A DNA stretch of 64,000 bases from an uncultured Desulfuromonadales bacterium (GTDB lineage Bacteria > Desulfobacterota > Desulfuromonadia > Geobacterales > CAIOGM01). A program made the translations under genes and the position numbers. Under the pieces are notes generated by a model, which was not told the origin of the DNA, did no database searches, and was given only the letters and a program-made list of their open reading frames with translations. The DNA is taken from positions 15,756-79,755 of the forward strand of contig CAIYUY010000152.1 of assembly GCA_903929485.1 (NCBI GenBank), written 5' to 3'. Shown here in pieces: positions 24,546-34,700 of this stretch. Each line of letters starts with the position of its first letter. The first letter of the stretch is position 1.

Positions 24546-27515
24546 ATGAAGAAGTGGGCTGCGCTCATCGTTTCCGTATATCTGTTCGTAATTTTTCCGA
24601 CGGTTGCTCCTCCCTCCGCTGTTGCTTCCGGCGCCGGTCTCTGGGCGGATCTCTCCACTCCCCAGGGATTACCCGCCGCGGATACGACCGCCACTCAGTC
24701 CGGACAGGTTCAGAACAGCTATGGGGCGTCGTCCGGATCGTACTCTTCCGGCACAAACGCAGTTTCGCCTAGTTCCGCGTCATCCGGCGCCATGCGACCG
24801 ATGTCCGGCAGCTTCACCCCCGGTGCGGTTCAGGGAGCACAGAGCGGCCCCGGATTCTCGAACAACAACACAGCATTCGCGGATTTGTCTCAAACGATGC
24901 CGCCAACGCTGACTCCGGTCACGAATTCGCTCTTCGACTGCCTCCAAAACCCGGCTGAACGCTCTTTGTCGTCCAGTTCATCGCAGTTTCCGCAGCAGCT
25001 CTCTTCACCGTTTGCGCAACAGTTCTCTTCACCGTTTCCGCGGCAGTTTTCCCGGCAGTTCCCTCAGCAGCTGTCGCAGCAAATCCCTCAGCAATGTCAA
25101 CAGCAGATTCAGCAGCAGTGCCGGCAGCAGTGTCAGAAAACACCCCTGCCGCTTCAGCAAAAGTGTCAGTCACAGTGCCGGCAACAATTACAGCAACAAC
25201 TGCTGCAGCAGATGCAGCAGATGGGTGAAAGCGGCGGCAGTCAAGGTGGCGCAGCGGCTGAACTCTCCACACTGGAACGTTCAATGTCCGGCGTGGAGCG
25301 CGACCCCAACGATCGGCAGAAACCTATCCCCTTCGCCGTCAACAATATTTTTCAGTACGGTTACAGCTTCTTTCAGGGGGGAACTCCGTTCAGTCCGCTT
25401 ACCGATATCCCCGTGGGGCCCGAATACGTTATCGGCTCCGGGGACCGGATCATCCTGACTGCTTGGGGAAGTCTGGAGGGGACCTATGAACTGGAGGTCA
25501 ACAGAAACGGTGAGATTGCTCTTCCCAAGGTGGGGACCATAAAGCTCCAAGGTGTTACCTACGGTCGTCTTCCCCAGGTCCTCAAATCGAACCTGGCCCG
25601 GGTCTTTAAGGATTTCCAGCTTTCCGCCACGCTGGGTCGGACGAGGCTTATCAAGGTCTACCTTGTTGGCGAGGTTGTCTCACCCGGTGATTATTCCATC
25701 TCCTCCCTGGCCACCGTAATCAACGCACTGGGCGCCGCGGGCGGACCCACCAAAAACGGCAGCCTCAGGAACATACAGATCAAGCGGGGGGGGGCGGTGG
25801 CGGAGGGAGTGGATCTCTATGATTTTTTCCTGAAGGGGGACAAAAGCCGGGACGTCCGCCTGCAACCCGGCGACACTATCTTCGTCCCCTCCATCGGTCC
25901 GGTGGCCGGGATTGCCGGGAATGTCCGTCGGCCGGCCATCTATGAATTGAAGGACGAGAAAACGCTGAAGGAACTCATCGCCCTGGCCAACGGCATCAAT
26001 CCTTCGGGTTATCTCCAGCGGGTTCTGATTACAAGAACTGTTCCCCATGAAAAGACAGTCGCCAAGGATTTCAGTCTTGATCCCGCCTTGGGCGCCTCTC
26101 AGGATGACCTTACCGCCGGTATCGTCGTCAAGGATCAGGACTATGTCAAAATTTTCCCCATCGACACCACCCTGCGCGGCTATATCCGATTGGATGGCTA
26201 TATTCTCCGGCCGGGTGACTATGCTCTGCGCCCGGGGATGAAAATAAGCGAACTCCTCAAAAAAGAGAACCTGCTCCCGGAGTATGCCGAAGGGAGCGCC
26301 GAACTGGTTCGTCTCATCCCCCCTGATTACCATCCTGAGTATCTCTCCTTCAGCCCGGCAAAGGCCTTGAGCGGCGATCCCCTTCATAATCTCGATCTGT
26401 GGGAGTTTGATAAAATACGGATCTTCTCTCGCTGGGAACTGGAGGAGGTGCCGAGAGTGCGGGTGTACGGGGAGGTGCAGAAACCGGGCGATTACCGGCT
26501 CATGCGTAATATGACCGTCCGCGATCTGCTCCTCCAGGCAGGCAATCCTAAACTGACTGCTTATCTTGCCAAGGCCGATATCGTTCGAACCAAAAGCGAC
26601 GGTGTCAAGGTTACATCATTCCCGGTCTCTTTTAATATCGGCGAGGCGCTCAAGGGGAATTCCCGGGAGAACATTCTTCTGGAGAGTCTTGACGAGCTGT
26701 ATGTAAAGCGGATACCAAATTGGCTGGAGGAGACCGAGCGTTATGCGACCATCAAGGGAGAAGTCCTCTTCCCCGGAACGTATCCCATCTTCAAGGGGGA
26801 ACGTCTGGCGGACCTGATCAAGCGGGCCGGAGGTTATACCGACAAGGCATACCTTTTTGGCGCCAAGTTTACCCGTCAGTCGGTTCAGAAACTCCAGCAG
26901 GAGCGACTGGAGGAGGTGATGGCCAAGATGCAGAATAATATCGTTAAAACGGAACAGGATCTTGCGGCGACGGCGACCAAGGACGAAATGGCGGCGGCAA
27001 AGATAGCTCTGGACGAGCTCAAGTCTTCCATGCAGAAGATACAGATTGCCAAGGCCGAGGGGAGGGTCGCCATCAAACTGGAACCGCTGGATAAGATGCA
27101 TGAGAGTCCCCATGATCTGGAATTGCTGGGGGGGGACGTCCTGGATATCCCTCAGTCCACCATGGCGGTTACCGTTCTTGGCGAGGTGGCCAGCGCCACT
27201 TCCACGATCTGGCTTCCCGGCAAGGATGTCTCCTATTATCTTGAAAAAGCCGGAGGGGTTACCGATAACGCCGATTCCGACGAAATGTACGTGTTCATGG
27301 CTGACGGTAGTGTTCGCGGCAAGATGAGTGACGGGATGTTCTCCATCTTCCGGTTGGGAGGGTTCCTCTCCACCAAGCTCCATCCCGGCGATACCCTGGT
27401 TGTGCCTCAAAGGCTGGAACGTATTTCCTGGATGAAGGAGATCAAGGATATTGCGACGATTCTCGGCAATCTTGCCGTTTCCGCCGGGGTGCCGTTGGCG
27501 ATCTTCAAGAGGTAG
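24546..27515 (+). CDS. Large polysaccharide export protein (Wza-like Poly_export domain plus multiple SLBB domains) with a Gln/Cys-rich N-terminal insert
   Basis: I chose the start MKKWAALIVSVYLF, which has AGGAGA upstream and a signal peptide. YVIGSGDRIILTAWG...NGEIALPKVGTIKLQGVT is the Poly_export signature. Repeated P.DGD...VP segments are typical of SLBB. Confidence 0.75.
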   Translation: MKKWAALIVSVYLFVIFPTVAPPSAVASGAGLWADLSTPQGLPAADTTATQSGQVQNSYGASSGSYSSGTNAVSPSSASSGAMRPMSGSFTPGAVQGAQSGPGFSNNNTAFADLSQTMPPTLTPVTNSLFDCLQNPAERSLSSSSSQFPQQLSSPFAQQFSSPFPRQFSRQFPQQLSQQIPQQCQQQIQQQCRQQCQKTPLPLQQKCQSQCRQQLQQQLLQQMQQMGESGGSQGGAAAELSTLERSMSGVERDPNDRQKPIPFAVNNIFQYGYSFFQGGTPFSPLTDIPVGPEYVIGSGDRIILTAWGSLEGTYELEVNRNGEIALPKVGTIKLQGVTYGRLPQVLKSNLARVFKDFQLSATLGRTRLIKVYLVGEVVSPGDYSISSLATVINALGAAGGPTKNGSLRNIQIKRGGAVAEGVDLYDFFLKGDKSRDVRLQPGDTIFVPSIGPVAGIAGNVRRPAIYELKDEKTLKELIALANGINPSGYLQRVLITRTVPHEKTVAKDFSLDPALGASQDDLTAGIVVKDQDYVKIFPIDTTLRGYIRLDGYILRPGDYALRPGMKISELLKKENLLPEYAEGSAELVRLIPPDYHPEYLSFSPAKALSGDPLHNLDLWEFDKIRIFSRWELEEVPRVRVYGEVQKPGDYRLMRNMTVRDLLLQAGNPKLTAYLAKADIVRTKSDGVKVTSFPVSFNIGEALKGNSRENILLESLDELYVKRIPNWLEETERYATIKGEVLFPGTYPIFKGERLADLIKRAGGYTDKAYLFGAKFTRQSVQKLQQERLEEVMAKMQNNIVKTEQDLAATATKDEMAAAKIALDELKSSMQKIQIAKAEGRVAIKLEPLDKMHESPHDLELLGGDVLDIPQSTMAVTVLGEVASATSTIWLPGKDVSYYLEKAGGVTDNADSDEMYVFMADGSVRGKMSDGMFSIFRLGGFLSTKLHPGDTLVVPQRLERISWMKEIKDIATILGNLAVSAGVPLAIFKR

Positions 27516-27728
27516 CGGGATAGTGATTCCGTGCGGGGGAGAAACTTTCTCCGGAAGGCAAATAGATTATTGGTAATATTCATAAAATAGGGTATAGTTG
27601 TGAACGATGGTAAACATGTGGCGTGAGCGTCTTTATGTAGAGAGCGGTAGCGGAACCAGGAGTAACGTAATTTTATCGGGCGGGTCAACCTACTAAAAAA
27701 ACGCGGCGAGACACCTAAAGGAGAAATC

Positions 27729-28484
27729 ATGAGACACTCGGAAAGCAGGGTAGGATTCAGGGGAGCTATCACCTCTTTATTGGTGATGGTATCTGTAATG
27801 GCGGCCTCCGGCAGCGCAGTGGCGGCAAACAAGTTGATTGTGCAGGATAACTCCGTGGTCCCTGTGGACAAGTTTGTGGTGACCGATACGGGGAAGATCG
27901 GTGTGGGGACAAATGCTCCCAACACGGCGGTGCATACCAGTGGCGGCACCTTTCCCGACACCCAGATTCTTTCCAGTTATGTGGGAACGGGGGGAGCGAA
28001 CGGTGCTACCGGAGCCGGCGGCTTCCTGGCGTACAGAAATAATGTTTCCACCACAAACGGCGGTCTCCCCCTGGCCAATGACAGGATCGGGTACATGTTG
28101 TTCGGTTCCTATGCTCCGGATGGGGTGACTCCGCATAACGCCGCGGGCCTTGTGGCGTACGCTGAATCCGATTGGACCAGCACGACATTTCCTACGTATT
28201 TCCTTTTCGAAGTTGCGACAAACCCTGCTACTCCGGTTGGCAGCGGTCGCGTGGAGCGGATGAGAATCAATAGCTCGGGTAATGTGGGGATCGGGACGAA
28301 GAGCCCTGCTCAACGGCTTGAGGTCAACGGCGGCGTTCGTCTGAATACGCTGGATGTGAAGCCGGCATGCACCGCCGCCACTCGCGGGACCTTCTGGTTT
28401 GAGCAGGCAGCCACCGATATCCTCTATGTGTGCGCGCAGTTGAACGGCGGGACACCCCTCTGGAGAACCGTTACTCTTAATTGA
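27729..28484 (+). CDS. Secreted hypothetical protein with two G.IGVGT/GNVGIGT motifs and a C-terminal Cys pair
   Basis: AAGGAGA RBS upstream. Signal peptide ...VMAASGSAVAA. Motifs GKIGVGTNAPNTAVH and GNVGIGTKSPAQRLEVNG. I am not confident of any family. Confidence 0.55.
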   Translation: MRHSESRVGFRGAITSLLVMVSVMAASGSAVAANKLIVQDNSVVPVDKFVVTDTGKIGVGTNAPNTAVHTSGGTFPDTQILSSYVGTGGANGATGAGGFLAYRNNVSTTNGGLPLANDRIGYMLFGSYAPDGVTPHNAAGLVAYAESDWTSTTFPTYFLFEVATNPATPVGSGRVERMRINSSGNVGIGTKSPAQRLEVNGGVRLNTLDVKPACTAATRGTFWFEQAATDILYVCAQLNGGTPLWRTVTLN

Positions 28485-28625
28485 GTTTTTTTGTAGATCA
28501 AGACTTGGTAGATTGATCCCCATGATGATAGTTGTGGGGATCAATTTATCTGTAGCTCTAGTTATTGCCCAACGGACGGCTGATGATGCCCCGAAATGTC
28601 CCTTTCATTTAATCGTGGAGTTTCA

Positions 28626-29885
28626 ATGCCTTCGTCGATAGTGACCGACTCATCTCCTCTTGCAACACAATCACGATCCCCTGAAAATAAAATCTCTTCC
28701 GATGATTCACAACATCCGGCCCCGGATCTCGCTGTTGTAGAGTTCCTGGATTATCTGGAGGTTATCGTGAAATATCGAAATTTGGTCCTGCTCACAACCG
28801 GCGTGGCGCTCATTGTTTCCCTTGGGATCGCCTCGGTAATGACGCGGATGTACAGTTCCACCGCGCTCATCCTTCCGCCTCAGCAGGAGTCCGGCATGAT
28901 GAGTATGATGGGAGGGGGCGCCATGGCCAGCTTGGCCGGTGACCTGCTGGGGAAGGGGACTCCGGCCGATCTTTACGCTAAAATACTCGATAGTGAAGTC
29001 GTAAAGGACGCCATCATAGATCGCTTCCATTTCATTGCGGAAGAAAATACGGGCTACCGTATTTTTGCCTATGGCAAACTCAGCAAAAAGGTGCTCATTG
29101 AAGTCGGGGCAAAAGACGGGATTATTTCCATAACCGTGGAAGATAAAAATCCCAAACGGGCGGCCGACATGGCTAATGCCTATGTGGAGGAACTTGGTAA
29201 TCTTGTGGCGCGGCTTAACATTACCGGCGCCTCAAATAACAGGGTTTATCTTGAGGAGCGGCTGGCCAAGGTCAAGGTGGATTTCGACAAGAGTTCCGAT
29301 GCGCTTAAAGGATTTCAGTCCGAGCATAAGACCGTTGACATATCCGAGCAGAGCAAGGGAACCATCAGGGAAGTCGCCGAACTGGAAGGTCGGCTCGCGG
29401 CTGAAGAGGTTAAGCTTGCCGCCATGAGACGTGTCTTGACGGATTCCAGTCAGGATATTAAAAACCAGCAGGCAGTGATCGGTAACATCTCCGTGCAGAT
29501 CGCCAAATTCGAAGGGAGCAAGAGGGGCGGCTCCCTGCCGGGAATCGGCTCGGTCCCCGCCATGGGTCAGGAGTACCTTCGTCTTACCCGTGAGTTCAAG
29601 GTGCAGGAGACCCTCCTGGAACTTCTGACCAAGCAATTGGAATTCGCGAAACTGAGTGAGGCGAAAAATATCGCCACCCTGCAGGTGATTCAGAAAGCCC
29701 GGGAGTCCGATAAGAGTATCAAGCCGAGCAGGCGTAAATTCGTCATGATGGTCACTGCCGCCGCTTTCGTCCTTTCCATACTCCTGGCTTTTGCCCTGGA
29801 AAGCATTCATATGATGGCGGCCGTCCGGAAGAAGCGGATTCACGGCTTGTTTCGGCGATTTGCGGGTTTAAAAAGAGCTGCCTGA
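28626..29885 (+). CDS. wzz: Polysaccharide chain-length determinant (Wzz/PCP family) without a kinase domain
   Basis: Wzz N-terminal pattern (DYLEVIVKYRNLVLLTTGVALIVSLGIA...YSSTALILPPQQ), a coiled-coil middle and a C-terminal TM segment. I chose the second ATG because GGAG lies 6 nt upstream; the alternative start is 28596. Confidence 0.7.
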   Translation: MPSSIVTDSSPLATQSRSPENKISSDDSQHPAPDLAVVEFLDYLEVIVKYRNLVLLTTGVALIVSLGIASVMTRMYSSTALILPPQQESGMMSMMGGGAMASLAGDLLGKGTPADLYAKILDSEVVKDAIIDRFHFIAEENTGYRIFAYGKLSKKVLIEVGAKDGIISITVEDKNPKRAADMANAYVEELGNLVARLNITGASNNRVYLEERLAKVKVDFDKSSDALKGFQSEHKTVDISEQSKGTIREVAELEGRLAAEEVKLAAMRRVLTDSSQDIKNQQAVIGNISVQIAKFEGSKRGGSLPGIGSVPAMGQEYLRLTREFKVQETLLELLTKQLEFAKLSEAKNIATLQVIQKARESDKSIKPSRRKFVMMVTAAAFVLSILLAFALESIHMMAAVRKKRIHGLFRRFAGLKRAA

Positions 29886-29940
29886 CGGCGTTTGAAAATA
29901 AGAAGGTGCAACAGACAGATAACATCCAAGGTGAGTCTCC

Positions 29941-31485
29941 TTGTCACAACTCCGCAGCGGAATAGCCCTCAGCTTCGTATCAATATTTTTGACGAACGGC
30001 ATCAGCCTGCTCTTCACTCCCTATCTGCTGGGCAAGCTTGGCAAGGCTGAATATGGTCTTTACATTCTTGTCGGTTCTTTGATCGGCTATCTCGGGCTGC
30101 TGACCTTCGGCATGGGGAACACGCTGGTCCGCTATATTGCTCGCTACCGGGCGGTGGACGACAAAAAGAGTGAAGAAAATCTTCTTGCCATGGCTCTGAT
30201 TATTTACGGCGTCATGAGTCTGCTGGTCTTTTTGTCCGGTTGCGGTATCTGGTCTTTTTTGCGTGACATCTTTCCCAAACTGACACCGGGTGAACTTGTC
30301 AAAGTCAGACAGATGTTTGCGTTACTGGTTGTATCCACGACCATAACCTTGCCCAGCGCCGTGTTAATTGCGGTGCAGACCGCCTATGAACGGTTCGTCT
30401 TCCTCCGGAGCGTCGTTATCGTTTCCGGTCTGGCTCGAACGGTTGTGCTTTTGTTGCTGCTTTTTCTCGGCTACAAGTCGGTCGCCATCGTCATCGTGGA
30501 TGTGGTGATAAACCTGACCGTTCTCCTGGTGAATCTCGTCTACGTTCTCGGAGTCATGAAGTCACGTATTCGGCTCTCCCATTTTGATGTGCCGTTGCTC
30601 AGGGAAGTGTCAACCTTTTCGTTCTGGATCTTTCTGCATCTTATCATGGATCAGTTGTACTGGAAATTCGGCCAAACCATACTGGGTATAACTTCCGGCG
30701 CCGTGGCCGTTGCAGTCTTTGCCGTCGGCATTCAATTGGCCTATTACTTCATAACTCTGTCCAATACCATCTCCGGTGTTTTTTTGCCTCGAGCCGCCGC
30801 CATGGATGCGGTTAACGCCACCAATGAAGAGATGACCGATATGATGATCAAGGTTGCTCGGTTTCAGTTTCTGGTAATGGGGCTTGCGCTGGTGGGATTT
30901 CTGACGCTGGGACGTCTTTTTATCATGAATTGGCTGGGACCAGGCTATCTGACTGCCTGGTCCATAGCGATCGTCATCATTATTCCTCTTTTTTTGCCGC
31001 TCATGCAGAACTTCGGGATCTCAATTTTGCAGGCAAGGAACAGGCATGCTCCCCAATCGTTGATCTATGCCTGCATTTCCATCGTAAATGTTATTATCGG
31101 CTACTTTCTGTCGCGACTCTACGGTGGTGTCGGCATGGCCATCGGCACCTCTCTCTCCCTGATCATGGGGCAAGGCATAGCCATAAATCTTTATTATCAT
31201 TTCCGGATCGGACTGAATATCCCCCGGTTCTTCAGAGAGTTGTCCAGCGGCTTGCTTCCGGCGATTCTGTTCAGCGCGGCTCTCGGTCATGGGGTCTCCC
31301 TGCTTCCCGGTGATAACTGGTATGGATTCATCTGTAAAGCGGTATTCATAGCCCTGATCTACGCTTTTTCCATGTGGTTGTACGGCGTTAATGTTTCTGA
31401 AAAATACGAACTCCGTTCCTTGCTGAAAGCAGTTTTGGGCGCAGTGAGCGGCGGAAAAATAATCATCGCCGTGAAGCCCGGCTAG
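29941..31485 (+). CDS. wzx: Oligosaccharide flippase (Wzx, MOP superfamily)
   Basis: 514 aa and highly polytopic. TTG start with AGGTGAG upstream. The N-terminus resembles polysaccharide biosynthesis (Polysacc_synt) proteins. Confidence 0.65.
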   Translation: MSQLRSGIALSFVSIFLTNGISLLFTPYLLGKLGKAEYGLYILVGSLIGYLGLLTFGMGNTLVRYIARYRAVDDKKSEENLLAMALIIYGVMSLLVFLSGCGIWSFLRDIFPKLTPGELVKVRQMFALLVVSTTITLPSAVLIAVQTAYERFVFLRSVVIVSGLARTVVLLLLLFLGYKSVAIVIVDVVINLTVLLVNLVYVLGVMKSRIRLSHFDVPLLREVSTFSFWIFLHLIMDQLYWKFGQTILGITSGAVAVAVFAVGIQLAYYFITLSNTISGVFLPRAAAMDAVNATNEEMTDMMIKVARFQFLVMGLALVGFLTLGRLFIMNWLGPGYLTAWSIAIVIIIPLFLPLMQNFGISILQARNRHAPQSLIYACISIVNVIIGYFLSRLYGGVGMAIGTSLSLIMGQGIAINLYYHFRIGLNIPRFFRELSSGLLPAILFSAALGHGVSLLPGDNWYGFICKAVFIALIYAFSMWLYGVNVSEKYELRSLLKAVLGAVSGGKIIIAVKPG

Positions 31486-31535
31486 AGTTCCTTTCATATC
31501 GTTTCCGGTAAAAGGCCGGCACTGAAAGCAGAGAC

Positions 31536-32741
31536 ATGGTTCCATTGGATGATAGTAAAGAAAACTGCACGGGATGCGGCGCATGTGCTGCTTATTGTCC
31601 ACACCTGACAATGTGCATGGATGAAGAGGGGTTCCGCTACCCGCGGGTTGATATGGCGGGGTGCAGTGAATGTGGTCGCTGTCAGCACCTCTGCCCCATG
31701 GTGACGGGTGATGGAACGGTTTTAAAACACCACGCATGGGTGGCTGGGGAGATTTCCGGCCAAAGCTCTTATCCGCAGGTCTATGCCGCCTGGAACAAAA
31801 ATGAGCTCATACGTGGAGAGAGTTCGTCCGGTGGTGTTTTTACCCTGCTTGCCCAGGGGATACTCCAGAGGGGAGGGGTCGTGGTCGGCGCCGGATTCGG
31901 CCCCCGGTTGCAGCTTTGTCACATGGCGGTAGATACGGCGGATGATCTCAAGCTCTTGCGTGGCTCAAAGTATCTCCAGAGCGATATGGTGGATATCATC
32001 GGAGGGATAAAGAGCTTCCTTGACAGGGGGAGAGAGGTTCTTTTCTCCGGAACTCCGTGCCAGGTTGCCGGACTTAACTCCTCTGTCGGCGGGGCGCATG
32101 AACTCCTTCTGACCTGCGATCTGGTTTGTCATGGGGTTCCATCGGACAGATTATTTCGTAACTATATTCAAGAACAAGAAGCCGCCCATGGCGCCGCGGC
32201 ATTGGGCATCTCCTTCAGGGACAAGAAGAGCGGCTGGAAGCGGTACAGTGTCACCATTAAATTTGCAAACGGCGCTGTTTATGAAAAATCGTCGGACGAA
32301 GATGGTTTCATGAGGCTTTTTTTGAGCGATCTCTCCCTTCGCCCCTCATGCTATGTCTGTCCTTTCTCCACCATCCCGCGCCAGGGAGATATTACCCTGG
32401 GTGATTATTGGGGTGTCGCCGCCGCCCATCCGGGAATTGATGACGATGGCGGAGTCACTCTCGTTCTGCTTAACTCCGTTCAAGGTCTGGAGGCGTTCGA
32501 AACATTGGCGGACCTTATGACTGTTTATCCCAGTGATATCCGTAAGGGAGTCGCCGGCAATCCCTGCATCATTCGCCCTGTTTCCATGAGTCCCGGCCGC
32601 CGGCGCTTCATGCAGGATTTGGGTGATCTCTCCATGGCGGAATTGTGCGCTCAATATCTCCTCCCACCCTCGTGGGGGGAGCGCGGTACTGCACGGATGA
32701 AAAGATTCCTTTCCCGTGCAAGGAATTTGTTGTATTCATGA
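31536..32741 (+). CDS. FrhB-like (coenzyme F420 hydrogenase beta family) protein with two 4Fe-4S ferredoxin motifs
   Basis: CTGCGACAAYCP and CSECGRCQHLCP. This family is commonly encoded next to polysaccharide pyruvyl transferases. Confidence 0.65.
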   Translation: MVPLDDSKENCTGCGACAAYCPHLTMCMDEEGFRYPRVDMAGCSECGRCQHLCPMVTGDGTVLKHHAWVAGEISGQSSYPQVYAAWNKNELIRGESSSGGVFTLLAQGILQRGGVVVGAGFGPRLQLCHMAVDTADDLKLLRGSKYLQSDMVDIIGGIKSFLDRGREVLFSGTPCQVAGLNSSVGGAHELLLTCDLVCHGVPSDRLFRNYIQEQEAAHGAAALGISFRDKKSGWKRYSVTIKFANGAVYEKSSDEDGFMRLFLSDLSLRPSCYVCPFSTIPRQGDITLGDYWGVAAAHPGIDDDGGVTLVLLNSVQGLEAFETLADLMTVYPSDIRKGVAGNPCIIRPVSMSPGRRRFMQDLGDLSMAELCAQYLLPPSWGERGTARMKRFLSRARNLLYS

Positions 32742-32810
32742 AGGACTCGGCAATCCGCCGGTTATCTTATTTTGGCGTCCATGGGCGCTGAATACACGGA
32801 AGTGGTGTTG

Positions 32811-34031
32811 ATGAGCGGTAAACTTTTTATACTCGCGGGAAACGGCTCCTATGAAAATAGAGGTTGCGAGGCTATCATACGCGGCACTGTTGAAATACTT
32901 CGCCGTCACTTTGACGATCCGAAATTTCTAGTCTGTAGTCACTTCAGCTCCATGGGACAGCTCCTGGAGCAGCAGCGGAACGAATTCGACCCGGCTCTGC
33001 GGCATGTGGCCGTTCAAAGGCTCTTGCCGTCTCGGTCGCTCTTGCTGAACAGGGTGAGATCCCTGCTTCATCAAAAATTCCCACGATTGCGGCAGCGATT
33101 TCTTTACCGTTCGATCAAGGAGAGCATCGCCGGCGCCTGCGCCATCCTTTCCGTGGGGGGGGATAATTATACCCTTGATTATGGTATTCCCACCCTCTTC
33201 ACGGATCTTGACGACCATATCGTCACAACAGGGGGAAAAATAATAATTTGGGGATCGTCCGTGGGCCCTTTCAGTCGGATTCCCGCCTATGAAAAGTACA
33301 TGGCCGAGCATCTGAAATGCATTACCACTATTTTCGCGAGGGAGACGGCGACCATAAGCTATCTGCGGACTCTCGGGATAGAGCGTAATGTCGTTAAAAC
33401 GGTGGACCCAGCTTTTGTCATGAAGGCTCAAATGCCCCCTGATTGGGCCGAATATGGGGATCTGTCGGGAACCATCGGCTTGAACCTCACCCCGCTCATG
33501 GCAAGATATTGCTCCCAAGGGGACGAAACCCTATGGCTAGGGCGCGCTGTGGAGATCGTTGCGGCCGTGGAGAGGGAATTCGCCCATCCGATTCTGCTCA
33601 TTCCTCATGTGTTTGAGTCAGGTTCCGATGATTGGAGTTTCCTGGAGAAGGTCCGTCTGGCTGTCGGATCAAGGAGGGTGACTCTTTTGTCCGGCCACTA
33701 CCGCGCAGCCGAACTGAAATGGTTTATTTCTCAACTGTTGCTCTTGGCGGCCGCCAGGACACACGCCACAATCGCCGGTTTTTCCAGCTTTGTTCCCACT
33801 ATCAGCTTCGCGTACAGTATTAAAGCGACCGGCCTCAACCAGGATATTTACGGCAATCAAGATTTGTGCTTATATCCGGACGCGATACATGCCGATACGG
33901 TCTGTGACAAAATCAGCCGTGTCATTGATCGGAACAGCAACCTGAGGGCGCTGCTGGTGGAACGGGTGACACCGATGTTTGACGAGGCGTTCAACTCGGG
34001 GCAGTTGTTGAATGAAATTATTGGGTTATGA
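32811..34031 (+). CDS. Polysaccharide pyruvyl transferase (CsaB/WcaK-like)
   Basis: N-terminus LFILAGNGSYENRGCEAIIRG and the overall layout are typical of PS_pyruv_trans. The start is uncertain (ATG 32811 or TTG 32772). Confidence 0.65.
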   Translation: MSGKLFILAGNGSYENRGCEAIIRGTVEILRRHFDDPKFLVCSHFSSMGQLLEQQRNEFDPALRHVAVQRLLPSRSLLLNRVRSLLHQKFPRLRQRFLYRSIKESIAGACAILSVGGDNYTLDYGIPTLFTDLDDHIVTTGGKIIIWGSSVGPFSRIPAYEKYMAEHLKCITTIFARETATISYLRTLGIERNVVKTVDPAFVMKAQMPPDWAEYGDLSGTIGLNLTPLMARYCSQGDETLWLGRAVEIVAAVEREFAHPILLIPHVFESGSDDWSFLEKVRLAVGSRRVTLLSGHYRAAELKWFISQLLLLAAARTHATIAGFSSFVPTISFAYSIKATGLNQDIYGNQDLCLYPDAIHADTVCDKISRVIDRNSNLRALLVERVTPMFDEAFNSGQLLNEIIGL

Positions 34032-34699
34032 TAGGTAGTCGGATGGAGCCGCGGCTTTTTTGTCAAAAAATCATCCAAAAAATGAGGAGCTATCTTCTTC
34101 TAAGTTTGTCTCGATCCGGAACGCTGCGTGGAAAAAAAGTCTATTGGAATCTGCGTGCTCATGATATTCACCGCACGTGGGGGGAAGGGCGCAACGATTT
34201 TCCCGTTCTCCGGCGGATTCTGGAGGTAGTCAAGCCGCTGAAGCTTCTGGATATCGGTTGCGGCAGCGGGAGGTGTTTTCCCTTATATGAAGAAGTGGGT
34301 ATCCCCGAGGTTTTAGGCCAGGATATTTCCTCAATCGCCCTGGAAATCTGCGGGAAGAGATACCCCGGAGCACCATATGGGACTGCCTGCTGCGAGATAA
34401 CCGATCTGCTCTTCGGGGAAAATCATTTTGATCTCATAGTTTCCACCAGGGTGCTGGCTGCTGTTTCACCATCAATGATTGCCGGAACTATCTCTCATTT
34501 ATGCAGGATCGGTCGTGCTATCTATTTGAATGAAATGACCGAAACCGACTATGTGGGACCGTCAACCTACTGGTTCAAACATGATTACGACGACCATATG
34601 AGGGATAATCATTTCTTGGCTTCCATGAAAGGTACGATCACCATTATTGAAAACGGCCAAACCCATCTGCAAAGTTGGGTTTTGTATTCCAAAAATTAG
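34028..34699 (+). CDS. Class I SAM-dependent methyltransferase
   Basis: Motif I LLDIGCGSGR. ATGA overlap with the upstream stop. Confidence 0.7.
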   Translation: MIGSRMEPRLFCQKIIQKMRSYLLLSLSRSGTLRGKKVYWNLRAHDIHRTWGEGRNDFPVLRRILEVVKPLKLLDIGCGSGRCFPLYEEVGIPEVLGQDISSIALEICGKRYPGAPYGTACCEITDLLFGENHFDLIVSTRVLAAVSPSMIAGTISHLCRIGRAIYLNEMTETDYVGPSTYWFKHDYDDHMRDNHFLASMKGTITIIENGQTHLQSWVLYSKN

Positions 34700-34700
34700 A

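Noticed and set aside
27538-27552. Palindrome GGAGAAA-C-TTTCTCC after the exporter gene, considered as a terminator
   Set aside because: The stem is short, the loop minimal and no U-tract follows. It may be a protein-binding site, but nothing supports a specific call.
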